Assembly (NCBI GenBank): GCA_949290785.1
Contig: CASETE010000013.1
Span: forward strand, 3,529 to 67,528
DNA from: an uncultured Pseudomonadota bacterium
Lineage (GTDB): Bacteria > Pseudomonadota > Alphaproteobacteria > Rs-D84
Direction of reading: 5' to 3'
Length of the DNA: 64,000 bases
In this document: positions 51,354-60,878 of the stretch, piece by piece
Position numbering within the stretch: position 1 is the first letter of the stretch
How the letters are laid out: each line of letters begins with the position of its first letter
Notes under the pieces: generated by a model
Seen by the model: the letters and a program-made list of their open reading frames with translations, nothing else
What the model was told of the DNA's origin: nothing
Database searches by the model: none
Translations under genes and position numbers: made by a program

Positions 51354-52634
51354 TTATATTGGTAAAACAACCCTGACTTTTAATCCGCCCAGTTCGCTGT
51401 TTTCCAAGAACATTTGTCCGCCATGGTTTTCAATGGCCGTTTGCGCAATAGACAGTCCCAAGCCCGTGCCACCGGTTTTGTCGCCGCGCGCTTCGTCTAA
51501 ACGAACAAAGGGACGTAACGCATCTTGCTTTTTGTCGTCTGGGATACCTGGACCGTCGTCTTCAATGATAACCTCTACTTGTTCGGGCGAGTCTTGTTCG
51601 GTAATTTTTATTTTAGTTTTTGAATAACGCGCCGCGTTTTCTATTATGTTACTGAATGCGCGCGCCAACGCCATCGGACGCGCGTAAAATTGTGCGGGTT
51701 CTTCTGGAAATTCCGTTTCTATTTTTTTGTCCGGTGCAGAATCACGCGCAATACGTAATAGCATTGCAGGTAATTCGGTCGCTTGCTCTATTTCCGGCAT
51801 CTCGCCGCGGGCAAAAGACAAATAACCGTTTACCATTTCTGTCATACGATCAATGTCGTGTAGTAAATCTTGTTTTGACGCAGAATCCGTTTCAAGCGAT
51901 AAACGCATACGGGTCAACGGCGCTTTTAAATCGTGGCTGACCGCGTTTAACATATCCGTTCTGGTGCGGTTGTAACGATTTAATCGCTCTTTCATAGTTA
52001 TCATTGCGGTTGCCGCTTCGCGGATTTCTTTTGAACCGGTCGGTTGAAAGCCCGGTGCATCTAGTCCGCGACCAAAACGACCCGCCGCTTTGGCGATTCT
52101 ACGTATGCTGCGCGTGTGCATTATGATAAACGGCGCAATCAATATTGATACGATTAATATTGAACCAATTAACCAGATTATAAATACCTCTGTACTTGTT
52201 GAATATATGCGATACAAAGATGTCCCAAATGTCGCAATCTGACCGTCGTTTGTAGGTACGTCTATGAATACAAGGCGTTTCCCCTTGTCTATGTATATCT
52301 GGGCCGGTCGTTTAAGGCGATTTGATAATTCCGATGCTAACATGCCCGCTTCGCGCGATTCGTTGTCGTTATAACGCGGACGATTAAGTTTTGAATTTAT
52401 CGTTACGTTTATACCAATGTCACGCGCCATGGATTGAACGGCCCCTTGCTCGCCCCGGTCCATGAAATTCATCATCGTTACAATTTCACCAGATAAACTG
52501 CGCGCCAAAGTCGCATGAACGCGCGTCCAGTGATTACCAAAAAAAACATTGGCAATTATTACCTGCGCAACAATAAGCGGTATCAATATCATTAATATAG
52601 TACGCCATAGAAAACTGCGTGGAATTAATCTCAT
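51354..52634 (-). CDS. Sensor histidine kinase (EnvZ-like: 2 TM, HAMP, HisKA, HATPase_c)
   Basis: H-box MLNAVSHDLKAPLT, N-box NIIENAARY, G-boxes DDGPGI and GTGLGLSIA. Confidence 0.9.
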   Translation of the reverse strand: MRLIPRSFLWRTILMILIPLIVAQVIIANVFFGNHWTRVHATLARSLSGEIVTMMNFMDRGEQGAVQSMARDIGINVTINSKLNRPRYNDNESREAGMLASELSNRLKRPAQIYIDKGKRLVFIDVPTNDGQIATFGTSLYRIYSTSTEVFIIWLIGSILIVSILIAPFIIMHTRSIRRIAKAAGRFGRGLDAPGFQPTGSKEIREAATAMITMKERLNRYNRTRTDMLNAVSHDLKAPLTRMRLSLETDSASKQDLLHDIDRMTEMVNGYLSFARGEMPEIEQATELPAMLLRIARDSAPDKKIETEFPEEPAQFYARPMALARAFSNIIENAARYSKTKIKITEQDSPEQVEVIIEDDGPGIPDDKKQDALRPFVRLDEARGDKTGGTGLGLSIAQTAIENHGGQMFLENSELGGLKVRVVLPI

Positions 52635-52658
52635 TTTAGTTTCCTTGTTCGGTTATCA

Positions 52659-53297
52659 TCAGGTATCGTTGGTTATAAGTTTGTAACCTTGCCCCCTGAT
52701 TGTTATTATGTCTATGTTTGATAATACACTATTTAATTTATTGCGCAAGCGTTTTGCAACCATCGGCGATGCAGGCGAAATATTCCCCACCGGCGACGTC
52801 AGATTTATAAGCAATTTCTTTTCTTCGCCCGATAACGCCAGTAATTTGGACGAAGAAGAACCAGCGGAATTTATAAAAAACTCGTTATCCAAGAAAATTA
52901 ACCCGTCGGGCATTTTGCTTTCTGTTGCTGTTACATTCTTCCTTATGATGTTATGCAGTCTTAGCACAAGTTCTTTTAACTGAAACGGTTTTGATAAATA
53001 ATCGTCTGCCCCGCCGGATAAGCCATCTATGGCGTTTTCCGCCCCGGTCATCGCCGTAAGCATTATAACAGGCGTCGCGTCGCCGGAATTGCGAATCTGC
53101 TTTAAAAAAGACAAACCGTCCATGCCCGTCATCATGCGGTCCAGAACAATCGCATCAACAGAGATTCTCGTTTTTACCTGTAAAGCATGTTCGGCAGATT
53201 CTGCAGTGATGACGTTAAAACCCTCGTTCCTTAATCCATTGGCCAAGGTTTTGCGCAACATGTCATCGTCGTCAATAATTAAAACCGTTTTGTTCAT
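52659..53297 (-). CDS. OmpR-family response regulator with a shortened winged-helix domain
   Basis: Receiver LIIDDD...LDRMMTGMDG...KPF. C-terminal LSGEEKKLLINL...RLRNKL...ITIRGQGYKL. Confidence 0.88.
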   Translation of the reverse strand: MNKTVLIIDDDDMLRKTLANGLRNEGFNVITAESAEHALQVKTRISVDAIVLDRMMTGMDGLSFLKQIRNSGDATPVIMLTAMTGAENAIDGLSGGADDYLSKPFQLKELVLRLHNIIRKNVTATESKMPDGLIFLDNEFFINSAGSSSSKLLALSGEEKKLLINLTSPVGNISPASPMVAKRLRNKLNSVLSNIDIITIRGQGYKLITNDT

Positions 53298-53336
53298 AAC
53301 CTATAATATAAACCATAAAATAAGAACAGCAACTTT

Positions 53337-54242
53337 TTATTTCTTTAATGGTTCTACTGCGTATTCGCCCGGTTGTATCGTGCTGTCCGTTACGTCAATG
53401 TCCATCGCAGCACGAAACTTCATACCGCTGGTTGAAAATTCCGTTTTAAATAACGCGTATCCCGTGCCGCCACCAGTCGTCGGCCCCTGCATGCCAAGAG
53501 AATAATAACCACCCAGAATTCCATAATCTAAGTCAATATAATCAATGCTGACCAGCAAAGAAACGTTACTTAGGCCGTCGCTTGTTATGTTACAAGCAAA
53601 TTCACGATTTGACAACGTCGCTTGAGAATTAATGGGGACCATTATGTCCATGACGGTTGGTTCGCATTGACGGTCTATGCCGTTTACTAAAAATTCATAA
53701 GTCATACCAACAGTGGCCTTGGATAAACCCGTTGATACGGTAACGCTGGAAATAGTTGCTTTTGGAATCTTTACCAGCGCATTTGCAATTCCACTGCGTA
53801 CAGGAAATGATATGCCAGATTGCAGACAGTCGCGCGAAAACGGATCCGCTTCGCAAATGTACAGTCTGGAATGTTGATTCATGTTGAACATGTTCGTCAG
53901 ACTGTTAAATAAAAACGTTCTTGTGATTCTGTCGTTCAGTTTGGTGCAACCGAAATTTCTGCATATTATCATAGGTCTGTCCGCAAACATAACCCCAGGA
54001 TGCAACGCCGCTTCTCTGTTGCGCATGTCTATTATGTTTTGGTCATAGTCCAGACTATCTGCCCTTTCCATAAACTCTGTCTCTGGAATAAAGTTTGGGT
54101 CGTCGGGATATGCATAATAAGACTGTACAGGCGTTTCCGTATATATGGTTTGGAAATCTGTGTACACAATGTCTTCGGTTGCGGCAAACGCCCCAACGCT
54201 TACAAAAATCCCGCAAAACATAGACAAAATGAATCTGTTCAT
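53337..54242 (-). CDS. 301-aa secreted hypothetical protein
   Basis: Signal peptide MNRFILSMFCGIFVSVGAFA; 6 Cys. Lies 39 nt upstream of the response regulator on the same strand. Confidence 0.6.
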   Translation of the reverse strand: MNRFILSMFCGIFVSVGAFAATEDIVYTDFQTIYTETPVQSYYAYPDDPNFIPETEFMERADSLDYDQNIIDMRNREAALHPGVMFADRPMIICRNFGCTKLNDRITRTFLFNSLTNMFNMNQHSRLYICEADPFSRDCLQSGISFPVRSGIANALVKIPKATISSVTVSTGLSKATVGMTYEFLVNGIDRQCEPTVMDIMVPINSQATLSNREFACNITSDGLSNVSLLVSIDYIDLDYGILGGYYSLGMQGPTTGGGTGYALFKTEFSTSGMKFRAAMDIDVTDSTIQPGEYAVEPLKK

Positions 54243-54381
54243 GCCTAAAATCCTTTCCTCTGTGTACGAATCTTAGAACATTATGCCCTATTATGTCAAA
54301 ACAAAAATATTTTTATTGAAAAACGTATTTCATTTGTTCTATAAACTATATCAATAAGTTCATAAAGCAGAGAGGCAGAAA

Positions 54382-55041
54382 ATGATAGATATAGTTATAC
54401 CAGGCGAAGCAGGTAAATTACACGCTGTATATCATAAGTCAAACATACCGTCGGCACCTTTGGCGGTCGTGTTGTCAGGTAACCCACGTCAGAAATACCA
54501 TATGAATGATAGGGTCTCTTATGCGATGTTCAGGGCGTTTATGGATATCGGCTTTTCTGTATTGCGCTTTAATTATCGTGGCGTCAACGATTCCGAAGGG
54601 GCAATCGGAACGACTTCGGAAAACATGTTGGATATCGCGACAGTCATAGATTGGATTCAAAATCGTAACGAAGATAGCGATAAAATATGGCTGGCTGGTA
54701 ATCAGTTAGGCGCGTGGTATGTGTTGCAAGTGATGATGCGCAGACCCGAAATTTCTGGCTTTGCTTTGGTGTCGCCTGATCCTTCTGTTTCTGACTTTGC
54801 GTTTTTGTCGCCACGCCCAAATCGGGGGCTGTTGTTGCAAGGCGGCGCGGAATCTGAAGACGCCAAGGCCTTTGCAACGCATCTGACGCAGATATTAAAA
54901 AAGCAAGCTCAAATAGACCTGGAAACCATACGAATAAAAAATTCGGATGCAATGTATTCTCAGCCGGTAGACTTGCGTCAGATGTATAACGATTTAAAGG
55001 CTTATGTCGGACGTGAAAACGAAGACAGTAAACTGCTATAA
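54382..55041 (+). CDS. Alpha/beta-fold hydrolase (small, 219 aa)
   Basis: ...LRFNYRGVNDSEG... then the nucleophile-elbow-like LAGNQLGAW. The family assignment is approximate. Confidence 0.6.
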   Translation: MIDIVIPGEAGKLHAVYHKSNIPSAPLAVVLSGNPRQKYHMNDRVSYAMFRAFMDIGFSVLRFNYRGVNDSEGAIGTTSENMLDIATVIDWIQNRNEDSDKIWLAGNQLGAWYVLQVMMRRPEISGFALVSPDPSVSDFAFLSPRPNRGLLLQGGAESEDAKAFATHLTQILKKQAQIDLETIRIKNSDAMYSQPVDLRQMYNDLKAYVGRENEDSKLL

Positions 55042-55059
55042 AGTATAAAGGCTTGTGTC

Positions 55060-56049
55060 GTGGAAACAAACGATAGATTTTTTAACCCTAATATACCAGA
55101 TGAAATGGCCGCTTCTATCAGACCAAGAGTCTTGTCTGATTTCATAGGCCACGATAGTTTAAAACAAAACTTGTCCGTATTTATATCGGGCGCGAAAAAT
55201 CGCGGCGAAGCAATGGACCATGTTTTGTTGTATGGTCCTCCGGGGTTGGGTAAAACTACTTTGGCACATATCGTTGCAAATGAATTGGGAACTAATTTTA
55301 GGGCGACTGCTGCACCTATGCTTACCAAGCAAGGCGATTTAGCCGCCATATTGACATCATTGGAACCTATGGATGTGTTGTTCATAGATGAAATACACAG
55401 GTTGCCAACCGCGATAGAAGAAGTCCTTTATTCCGCCATGGAAGACTTTAAGTTAGATATTATGCTGGGCGAAGGCCCCAGCGCGAAAAGCGTAAGAATT
55501 GACCTGCCCCCGTTTACTTTGGTTGGTGCGACCACACGTACGGGGCTGTTGTCTAACCCGTTGCGCGACAGGTTTGGCATCGATTTACGTTTGTCTTTTT
55601 ATTCAACGGCTGATTTAGCAAAAATCATTTCGCGCAGCGCAAATATCCTTGGGGTGCCAATTGATGAAGACGGTGCCGTCATGCTGGCGCAAAGCGCGCG
55701 CGGAACACCGCGTATAGCCAATAGATTGTTAAAACGAGCGCGCGATTTTGCTACTGCATTGGGGCGTGACAGGATATCGGGCGATACAATTAAAACGACT
55801 TTGTATCAGTTACACATAGACGCGTGCGGTCTGGACGAAATTGACCGTGAATATATTAGCGCAATTATAAAAAATTATGCCGGTGGCCCCGTCGGAATTG
55901 AAAATTTGGCTGCGACATTATCTGAGCCCGCCGATACCATAGAAGATGTTATAGAACCTTATTTGATGCAACTGGGGTTCGTTCAGCGTACGCCACGCGG
56001 TCGCGTCGTTACAGAGGCTGGATATGCACATCTGGGACTGGTCAAATGA
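55060..56049 (+). CDS. ruvB: Holliday junction branch-migration helicase RuvB
   Basis: RP..L.DFIGH......L.VFI.......[24 protein letters not shown], ...[16 protein letters not shown] start. Confidence 0.96.
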   Translation: METNDRFFNPNIPDEMAASIRPRVLSDFIGHDSLKQNLSVFISGAKNRGEAMDHVLLYGPPGLGKTTLAHIVANELGTNFRATAAPMLTKQGDLAAILTSLEPMDVLFIDEIHRLPTAIEEVLYSAMEDFKLDIMLGEGPSAKSVRIDLPPFTLVGATTRTGLLSNPLRDRFGIDLRLSFYSTADLAKIISRSANILGVPIDEDGAVMLAQSARGTPRIANRLLKRARDFATALGRDRISGDTIKTTLYQLHIDACGLDEIDREYISAIIKNYAGGPVGIENLAATLSEPADTIEDVIEPYLMQLGFVQRTPRGRVVTEAGYAHLGLVK

Positions 56050-56666
56050 GCGATTTAATAGATTTTTTTAAGAATGCTGAAAAGTTACATTCCGAGGCGC
56101 GTACAACTGAATTATCCAGCGGAGCCAAGGAGTCTGTATCTTCGCATTCTTGGATGCTGTCTTTAATGGCGATTGTTTTTTTGCCAAAGTTAAAAGCGCG
56201 GCTTGATTTAACAAAGGTTTTAGAATTATGTACGGTGCACGATTTGGCGGAATCAGTTGTGCATGATATTCCCTTGCATCAGCAGATGAAAGATACAGAA
56301 TTATGTAAAACAAAGCATGATTGTGAAAAACGTGCGATATTTGATTTGGCCAATTTATCGGGTAATAAAGAATTAATTAGTCTGTGGCAGGAATATGAAA
56401 GTCGCCAAACGCCAGAAGCAAAATTTGTAAAACAGTTAGATTTGCTAGAAGTGGATTTACAAATAATGTGTTCGGCATCTTTAAAGTATGTTGCAGAGTA
56501 TGATAATGGCATATATTGGAAGATTTATTTTTCAGAAAATCGCGCTAAACCTTTTGAAGAAGAACCTGTTTTGATGGAGTTCTTTTTGCAGATAAGAAAA
56601 AATATAGAGGAACGCCTAAAAAAAGAATTAAACATAAATCCAGATGTATACAAGGGGTTAAAATAA
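56046..56666 (+). CDS. HD-domain phosphohydrolase (YfbR-like 5'-nucleotidase family)
   Basis: HSWMLSLMA...[13 protein letters not shown]. The start overlaps the ruvB stop by 4 nt. Confidence 0.7.
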   Translation: MSDLIDFFKNAEKLHSEARTTELSSGAKESVSSHSWMLSLMAIVFLPKLKARLDLTKVLELCTVHDLAESVVHDIPLHQQMKDTELCKTKHDCEKRAIFDLANLSGNKELISLWQEYESRQTPEAKFVKQLDLLEVDLQIMCSASLKYVAEYDNGIYWKIYFSENRAKPFEEEPVLMEFFLQIRKNIEERLKKELNINPDVYKGLK

Positions 56667-57043
56667 TGAATAAAACACATCTTTTTCCTTTTTCTGTTGC
56701 TTATGCTGATACAGATGCGGGTGGCATTGTGTATCATGGACGATATATAGAGTTTGCAGAGCGCGCACGTATGCAATGGTTGCGCGGTATAAACTTACCC
56801 GATGGGGATGTCGGCTTTGTTGTGCGTGAATTAAACATAAAGTATCTGCGGCCCTTGCAACTGGGTGACGATTTTACGGTTGAAAGCGTGATTAACAAAA
56901 TTGGCGGCGCGTCGCTGGGGGCTGAACAAAAATTCGTGAAAGATGGGAATATTTGTGCTATAATGAACATTACAATTGCGTATCTTGGTTCGGACTTGCA
57001 TCCAAAGCGCATACCGGATAATATAATTCAAAAACTGTCATAA
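56666..57043 (+). CDS. ybgC: Tol-Pal-associated acyl-CoA thioesterase YbgC (4HBT fold)
   Basis: V.YADTDAGGIVYHGRYIEFAERAR..WLR. Positioned directly upstream of tolQ. Confidence 0.85.
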   Translation: MNKTHLFPFSVAYADTDAGGIVYHGRYIEFAERARMQWLRGINLPDGDVGFVVRELNIKYLRPLQLGDDFTVESVINKIGGASLGAEQKFVKDGNICAIMNITIAYLGSDLHPKRIPDNIIQKLS

Positions 57044-57065
57044 ATAAAATACAAAAGGGGAAAAA

Positions 57066-57560
57066 ATGACAAATACTTTTTCATTAGCGACTTTATTTAC
57101 GGGCGATTTAATGACTTTGTTTATATCGCTGGTTTTGGTTTTGGGCAGCGTGATTTCATGGGCCATAATAATTGAAAAAATTCGTTTGTGGCGTTATCAG
57201 AAGACTAACCCGATAAGAATAAAAGATTCCGATGATTTATCGCTGGTTGCTGATAAGTTAATCAAGCCGTTTGATAAAAATTTGTGGTTTTTATCAATGG
57301 TTTCTTATGTTGCACCGTTTATAGGTTTGTTTGGTACTATTTGGGGCGTAATGGATTCGTTTGCTTCTATTGGCGTAAACCAGTCTGTAAGCATTGGGGT
57401 TATTGCACCTGGGTTGGCGACTGCGCTGGGAACGACGGCTTTGGGGTTAATTGCGGCTGTTCCGGCGGCGATTGCGTATCAGTACTTTATAAAGAAAGCC
57501 GATGACTTGTACGATACTTTGTCTGAAAAGTGTCAAGAACTGAAGTGCAAACACAAATAA
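57066..57560 (+). CDS. tolQ: TolQ/ExbB-family proton-channel protein (short, 164 aa)
   Basis: APFIGLFGTIWGVM.SF......LATALGTTALGLIAAVPA..AY. Confidence 0.85.
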   Translation: MTNTFSLATLFTGDLMTLFISLVLVLGSVISWAIIIEKIRLWRYQKTNPIRIKDSDDLSLVADKLIKPFDKNLWFLSMVSYVAPFIGLFGTIWGVMDSFASIGVNQSVSIGVIAPGLATALGTTALGLIAAVPAAIAYQYFIKKADDLYDTLSEKCQELKCKHK

Positions 57561-57571
57561 GGGTAGAAATT

Positions 57572-57973
57572 ATGTCGCGTAGAAGACTACGAAATTCTGA
57601 TGCAAGTATTTCTTTAACGCCGATGATTGATGTCATGACGGTGTTATTGGCGGTGTTTATGGTTACGACGCCTATGATGACGACGGGTATCGATTTGAAT
57701 TTGCCACGTGCAGGACATTCTGCGCTGTCGGGTAACGACCACGCAATACAAATAAGCGTTGATTCCGCCGGACGTTATTACGTTGGGCAAAGTCAATTAA
57801 GTTTGAACGATGTGGTAAAGCGTGTTGTTGCAATGCGCGGCGAAAATTCACAACTGACTATAATGATAAACGGCGATACCAAGGCAGACTATGGTGCTGT
57901 CATGGCGGTTATGGGAAAATTAAAAGATGCTGGTTTCCAGCGCGTAGGGTTGCGCACACAATTGGATGATTAA
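57572..57973 (+). CDS. tolR: TolR/ExbD-family protein
   Basis: The ATG at 57572 gives MSRRRLR...ISLTPMIDVMTVLLAVFMV. The listed start at 57530 overlaps tolQ. Confidence 0.88.
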   Translation: MSRRRLRNSDASISLTPMIDVMTVLLAVFMVTTPMMTTGIDLNLPRAGHSALSGNDHAIQISVDSAGRYYVGQSQLSLNDVVKRVVAMRGENSQLTIMINGDTKADYGAVMAVMGKLKDAGFQRVGLRTQLDD

Positions 57974-57978
57974 AAGAT

Positions 57979-58737
57979 ATGAATATGGCAAATAGGTTTT
58001 CTGCAGAAAATGTATTAATGTCCGTTTGCGGCCACTTGTTATTAATTGCTATCATGATAACGTCTATTGCGGTTGTCGTTGATAGAGCCGAACTGGTTGC
58101 CTCTGATAGAATAGAGATTATGGAGATTGACTTAAACGCCGTCCGTGTCAGCGGCGATGAATCAATTTTATACAATGTGAACGCAGACCAAGAACCAGAA
58201 GAATCAACCGCAGAACAAGAACAAAAAGTTGAACCCGTTCCCCTGCCCGAACCTGAACCCGTTGTTGAAGAACAACCAATTGAAAACCCAAGTTTAGTAG
58301 AGGATAAACCTGTGCCGGTTACAGAATCAAAGGAACCCAGTGCGGATAAAAAAGACGTGGAACAACCAAAGAAAAAGAAAACGGTTGTTCGTGTAAACCG
58401 CGAGGTTGTGTCCTTGGACAGAACCCTGACAATATCTGTCATAGATGCGTTGCGCGTTGCGATGACGCGTTGTTGGGTAATTGATACAAACAGACCGGGG
58501 ATAAGTGACATTCGTGCGGTTGCGCACTTAACCATGCGCAAGAATGGGACTGTGCGCGACTTATGGTTTGAATCCGCCGCGCGTGAGCAGACCGACCCTG
58601 ATTTCGCGTATGTATTGCAGACAATTCGTCGCGCCATAGACGTTTGTCAGCCGTTAAAGATGTTGCCACCTAATGAATTTGAAAAGTGGGAAAAAATACA
58701 GTTAACTTTTTATCCCAGCCAAGGGAAAGTTATGTAA
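57979..58737 (+). CDS. tolA: TolA-like protein
   Basis: N-terminal TM segment, E/P/K-rich linker (EPVPLPEPEPVVEEQP) and a C-terminal TolA-type domain. Third gene after tolQR. Confidence 0.75.
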   Translation: MNMANRFSAENVLMSVCGHLLLIAIMITSIAVVVDRAELVASDRIEIMEIDLNAVRVSGDESILYNVNADQEPEESTAEQEQKVEPVPLPEPEPVVEEQPIENPSLVEDKPVPVTESKEPSADKKDVEQPKKKKTVVRVNREVVSLDRTLTISVIDALRVAMTRCWVIDTNRPGISDIRAVAHLTMRKNGTVRDLWFESAAREQTDPDFAYVLQTIRRAIDVCQPLKMLPPNEFEKWEKIQLTFYPSQGKVM

Positions 58738-58763
58738 AAAAACGCCGTTGTGGCGTTTTTTTT
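58736..58763. terminator. Bidirectional terminator shared by tolA and rnpB
   Basis: aaaaaaacgcc-gttgt-ggcgtttttttt. Confidence 0.8.
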
Positions 58764-59086
58764 ACAGATGCACGATAAGCCGGATTCTGTTCTGCCAAGG
58801 CCCAGTTTACTTAAACCAAACCAAGGTAGTGGGCATAATTAATCTGCATAATGTGTTACCACAAGATGTCAAGCCTTCTACCCGTTCCCAGACAAGGGAC
58901 TGTGTATAGGGAACCTATTTGAAGTTGCTGCGCATAGAGATTGCCCGTTTCACCCGAACTGAATCGGTTCGTCACTGTTGCTCTAATCGTCGGATTGCTC
59001 CGCTCGGTAAATTAGCCGATATGCTGTCCCAAGCAGTCCGGACTTTCCTCCGCCAAATATATGACGGCTATGCCCTGTGCATCTGT
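58764..59086 (-). ncRNA. rnpB: RNase P RNA, bacterial type A (compact, about 323 nt)
   Basis: The minus strand reads ACAGAUGCAC...GGCGGAGGAAAGUCCGGACUGC...ACAGAAUCCGGCUUAUCGUGCAUCUGU. Both P4 strands are conserved and the P1 termini are complementary. Confidence 0.93.
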
Positions 59087-59094
59087 ATAATGGT

Positions 59095-59122
59095 ATTGTA
59101 GTTATATTTGATAGAATTTCAA
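59095..59122 (-). promoter_or_regulatory. Sigma70-like promoter of rnpB
   Basis: Minus strand: TTGAAA (59122-59117), 16-nt spacer, TACAAT (59100-59095), 8 nt before the P1 5' end. Confidence 0.6.
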
Positions 59123-59214
59123 TTGTTTTTATAACACGGATGTTTTTTATAAATTTTTTACTTGCAAGACATATGGTATTTTTCATAAAATGCAAAGGTA
59201 CAAGAGAAATGTAA

Positions 59215-60846
59215 ATGGGAAGGACAGCGCGTTTTCTACGATATTTGTTATGTTTATGTATGTTGTTTTTCATAGGCAACGCCTTGGCTGCCACCTTTTC
59301 ATGTCCGACATATAAGACCTATACCAGTTGTAATTCTGGGTATTATATGACCGCCAGTTCGTCATCGTGGACGCCTGTAAGAACGCCCGCTGTTGGTAAC
59401 GCTTGTCGTCCTTGTTCCACGATGAATTCATATGTAACGGGCGCGTCATCAATAACATGTAGAGGTGGTACGTCTGTGCCCACCATCAAGTGTCCACCTG
59501 GAACGTATTATTTGGGGACAACGGGAACGAATAATCAACGATGTGCACCCTGCCCAGCCGGTAAGTATTGTAGAGGAATTCAGGTTAATTGGCAACCTGG
59601 ATTGGTAGAGGGATATCAAAATTGTCCCGATGGTTATCCAAACTCTGAAACTGGTGCATCAAGTATAAATGAATGTTATACAACATGTGTTGGGGGTACG
59701 CATGTTGTAGAGGCTAATGGTAGTTGTGAAGAAATAACGTCTGGTAATGTTTATATTGAAACGCACAAGGTATATTATGGTGATTTGTCGCCGGACACTA
59801 AAGACTGTCCTGAGGGATATGTAATAGAAGGTACAACATATACAGACCATGATTCTATTACTGATTGTGGAATTGGTTGTCCGGCTGGAACGCAGGTTGT
59901 TAACCCGGGCGAGGAATGCACAACGCCAGCGGGCAGTTGGTATACCGGTTCACATGTTGTTCCTGCGGGTGGAACGTCTGGGGACAATGTAAAATCTTGC
60001 CCTGCACCAGAACCCGTGCAGTATACAGGCGATGCGTGGGTGGATACCACGAATGTTTATGAAACACCAGATACAACTGAACCAACAAATCATGATGAAT
60101 TATACGATTGCAGAATTGATTGCAGGGGCAGTTATGTAATGAATCCGCATGAAACCTGTATTATGCCGAAAAATCAGGGACATTGGTACAAGGATATACA
60201 TTACGTTAATTGGGGCGATACCAGTGACCCAGAACCTTGTTGGCCGGACTTTTACAATAGCTTCTGTTATGCTGGTAATGCTAATGAAGAACCGGGTTGT
60301 CGTGATAGTGTTGATAAGTGTTTTTTAAGGTGTGGCCCTGGTCAATATTATTCATATCCAAATAATCCCGGGTGTCATGATGTTGGCGAGGGATATTGGG
60401 GACCAGGCGGTGCCGGAAAAACACAGAATGATTTTATGTGGCCAGAAGATGTTCCGGCGGCATTGCCACGTAACCCATGCCCAGAAGGTTTAACAACGCC
60501 TGGATTTGGTATCGGGGCAGATGAATTGGCAGATTGTGGACGCATATTATGGACAAACTATGTTAATGGGAACGGTATACAAACAAAATATTATTTGCGA
60601 ACGAAACAACGTTCCTATCCTACCCTGAAGTTTGAAATTGATAACAGGTATTACTATCTTGATTTGGTTTATGATGAAAAATATATGACCCATGATAATG
60701 AGGGGTTATGGCGTTTGTATAACATTCCATATGTTACTTCGCCGGAGTATCCTATCGGGTCAATCATGGCATTAGATGATTATCAAGAGTCTCTGAGATC
60801 GGATATGGGGCTTGCAATTCGCTTACAAATACCGCAATACCAATAA
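59215..60846 (+). CDS. 543-aa secreted Cys-rich protein with ephrin-receptor/TNFR-like CxxCPxGxY repeats
   Basis: Signal peptide ...LLCLCMLFFIGNALA. CPPGTYYLG....RCAPCPAGKYC, NCPDGYPNSETGASSINEC, GCPAGTQV. About 40 Cys. The Cys-free C-terminal region of about 100 aa is Tyr-rich. Confidence 0.75.
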   Translation: MGRTARFLRYLLCLCMLFFIGNALAATFSCPTYKTYTSCNSGYYMTASSSSWTPVRTPAVGNACRPCSTMNSYVTGASSITCRGGTSVPTIKCPPGTYYLGTTGTNNQRCAPCPAGKYCRGIQVNWQPGLVEGYQNCPDGYPNSETGASSINECYTTCVGGTHVVEANGSCEEITSGNVYIETHKVYYGDLSPDTKDCPEGYVIEGTTYTDHDSITDCGIGCPAGTQVVNPGEECTTPAGSWYTGSHVVPAGGTSGDNVKSCPAPEPVQYTGDAWVDTTNVYETPDTTEPTNHDELYDCRIDCRGSYVMNPHETCIMPKNQGHWYKDIHYVNWGDTSDPEPCWPDFYNSFCYAGNANEEPGCRDSVDKCFLRCGPGQYYSYPNNPGCHDVGEGYWGPGGAGKTQNDFMWPEDVPAALPRNPCPEGLTTPGFGIGADELADCGRILWTNYVNGNGIQTKYYLRTKQRSYPTLKFEIDNRYYYLDLVYDEKYMTHDNEGLWRLYNIPYVTSPEYPIGSIMALDDYQESLRSDMGLAIRLQIPQYQ

Positions 60847-60850
60847 ATAA

Positions 60851-60876
60851 TCCCTCGGGCTTACGCCCGGGGTATT
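60851..60876 (+). repeat. 26-nt subterminal hairpin repeat, copy 1
   Basis: tccctcgggcttacgcccggggtatt (cgggc-ttac-gcccg core hairpin). Confidence 0.9.
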
Positions 60877-60878
60877 GG

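Noticed and set aside
57909-58637. 242-aa minus-strand ORF overlapping tolR-tolA.
   Set aside because: It is antisense to a well-supported tolA in a conserved tolQRA context, has Ser/Thr/Gly low-complexity composition, and lacks an RBS.
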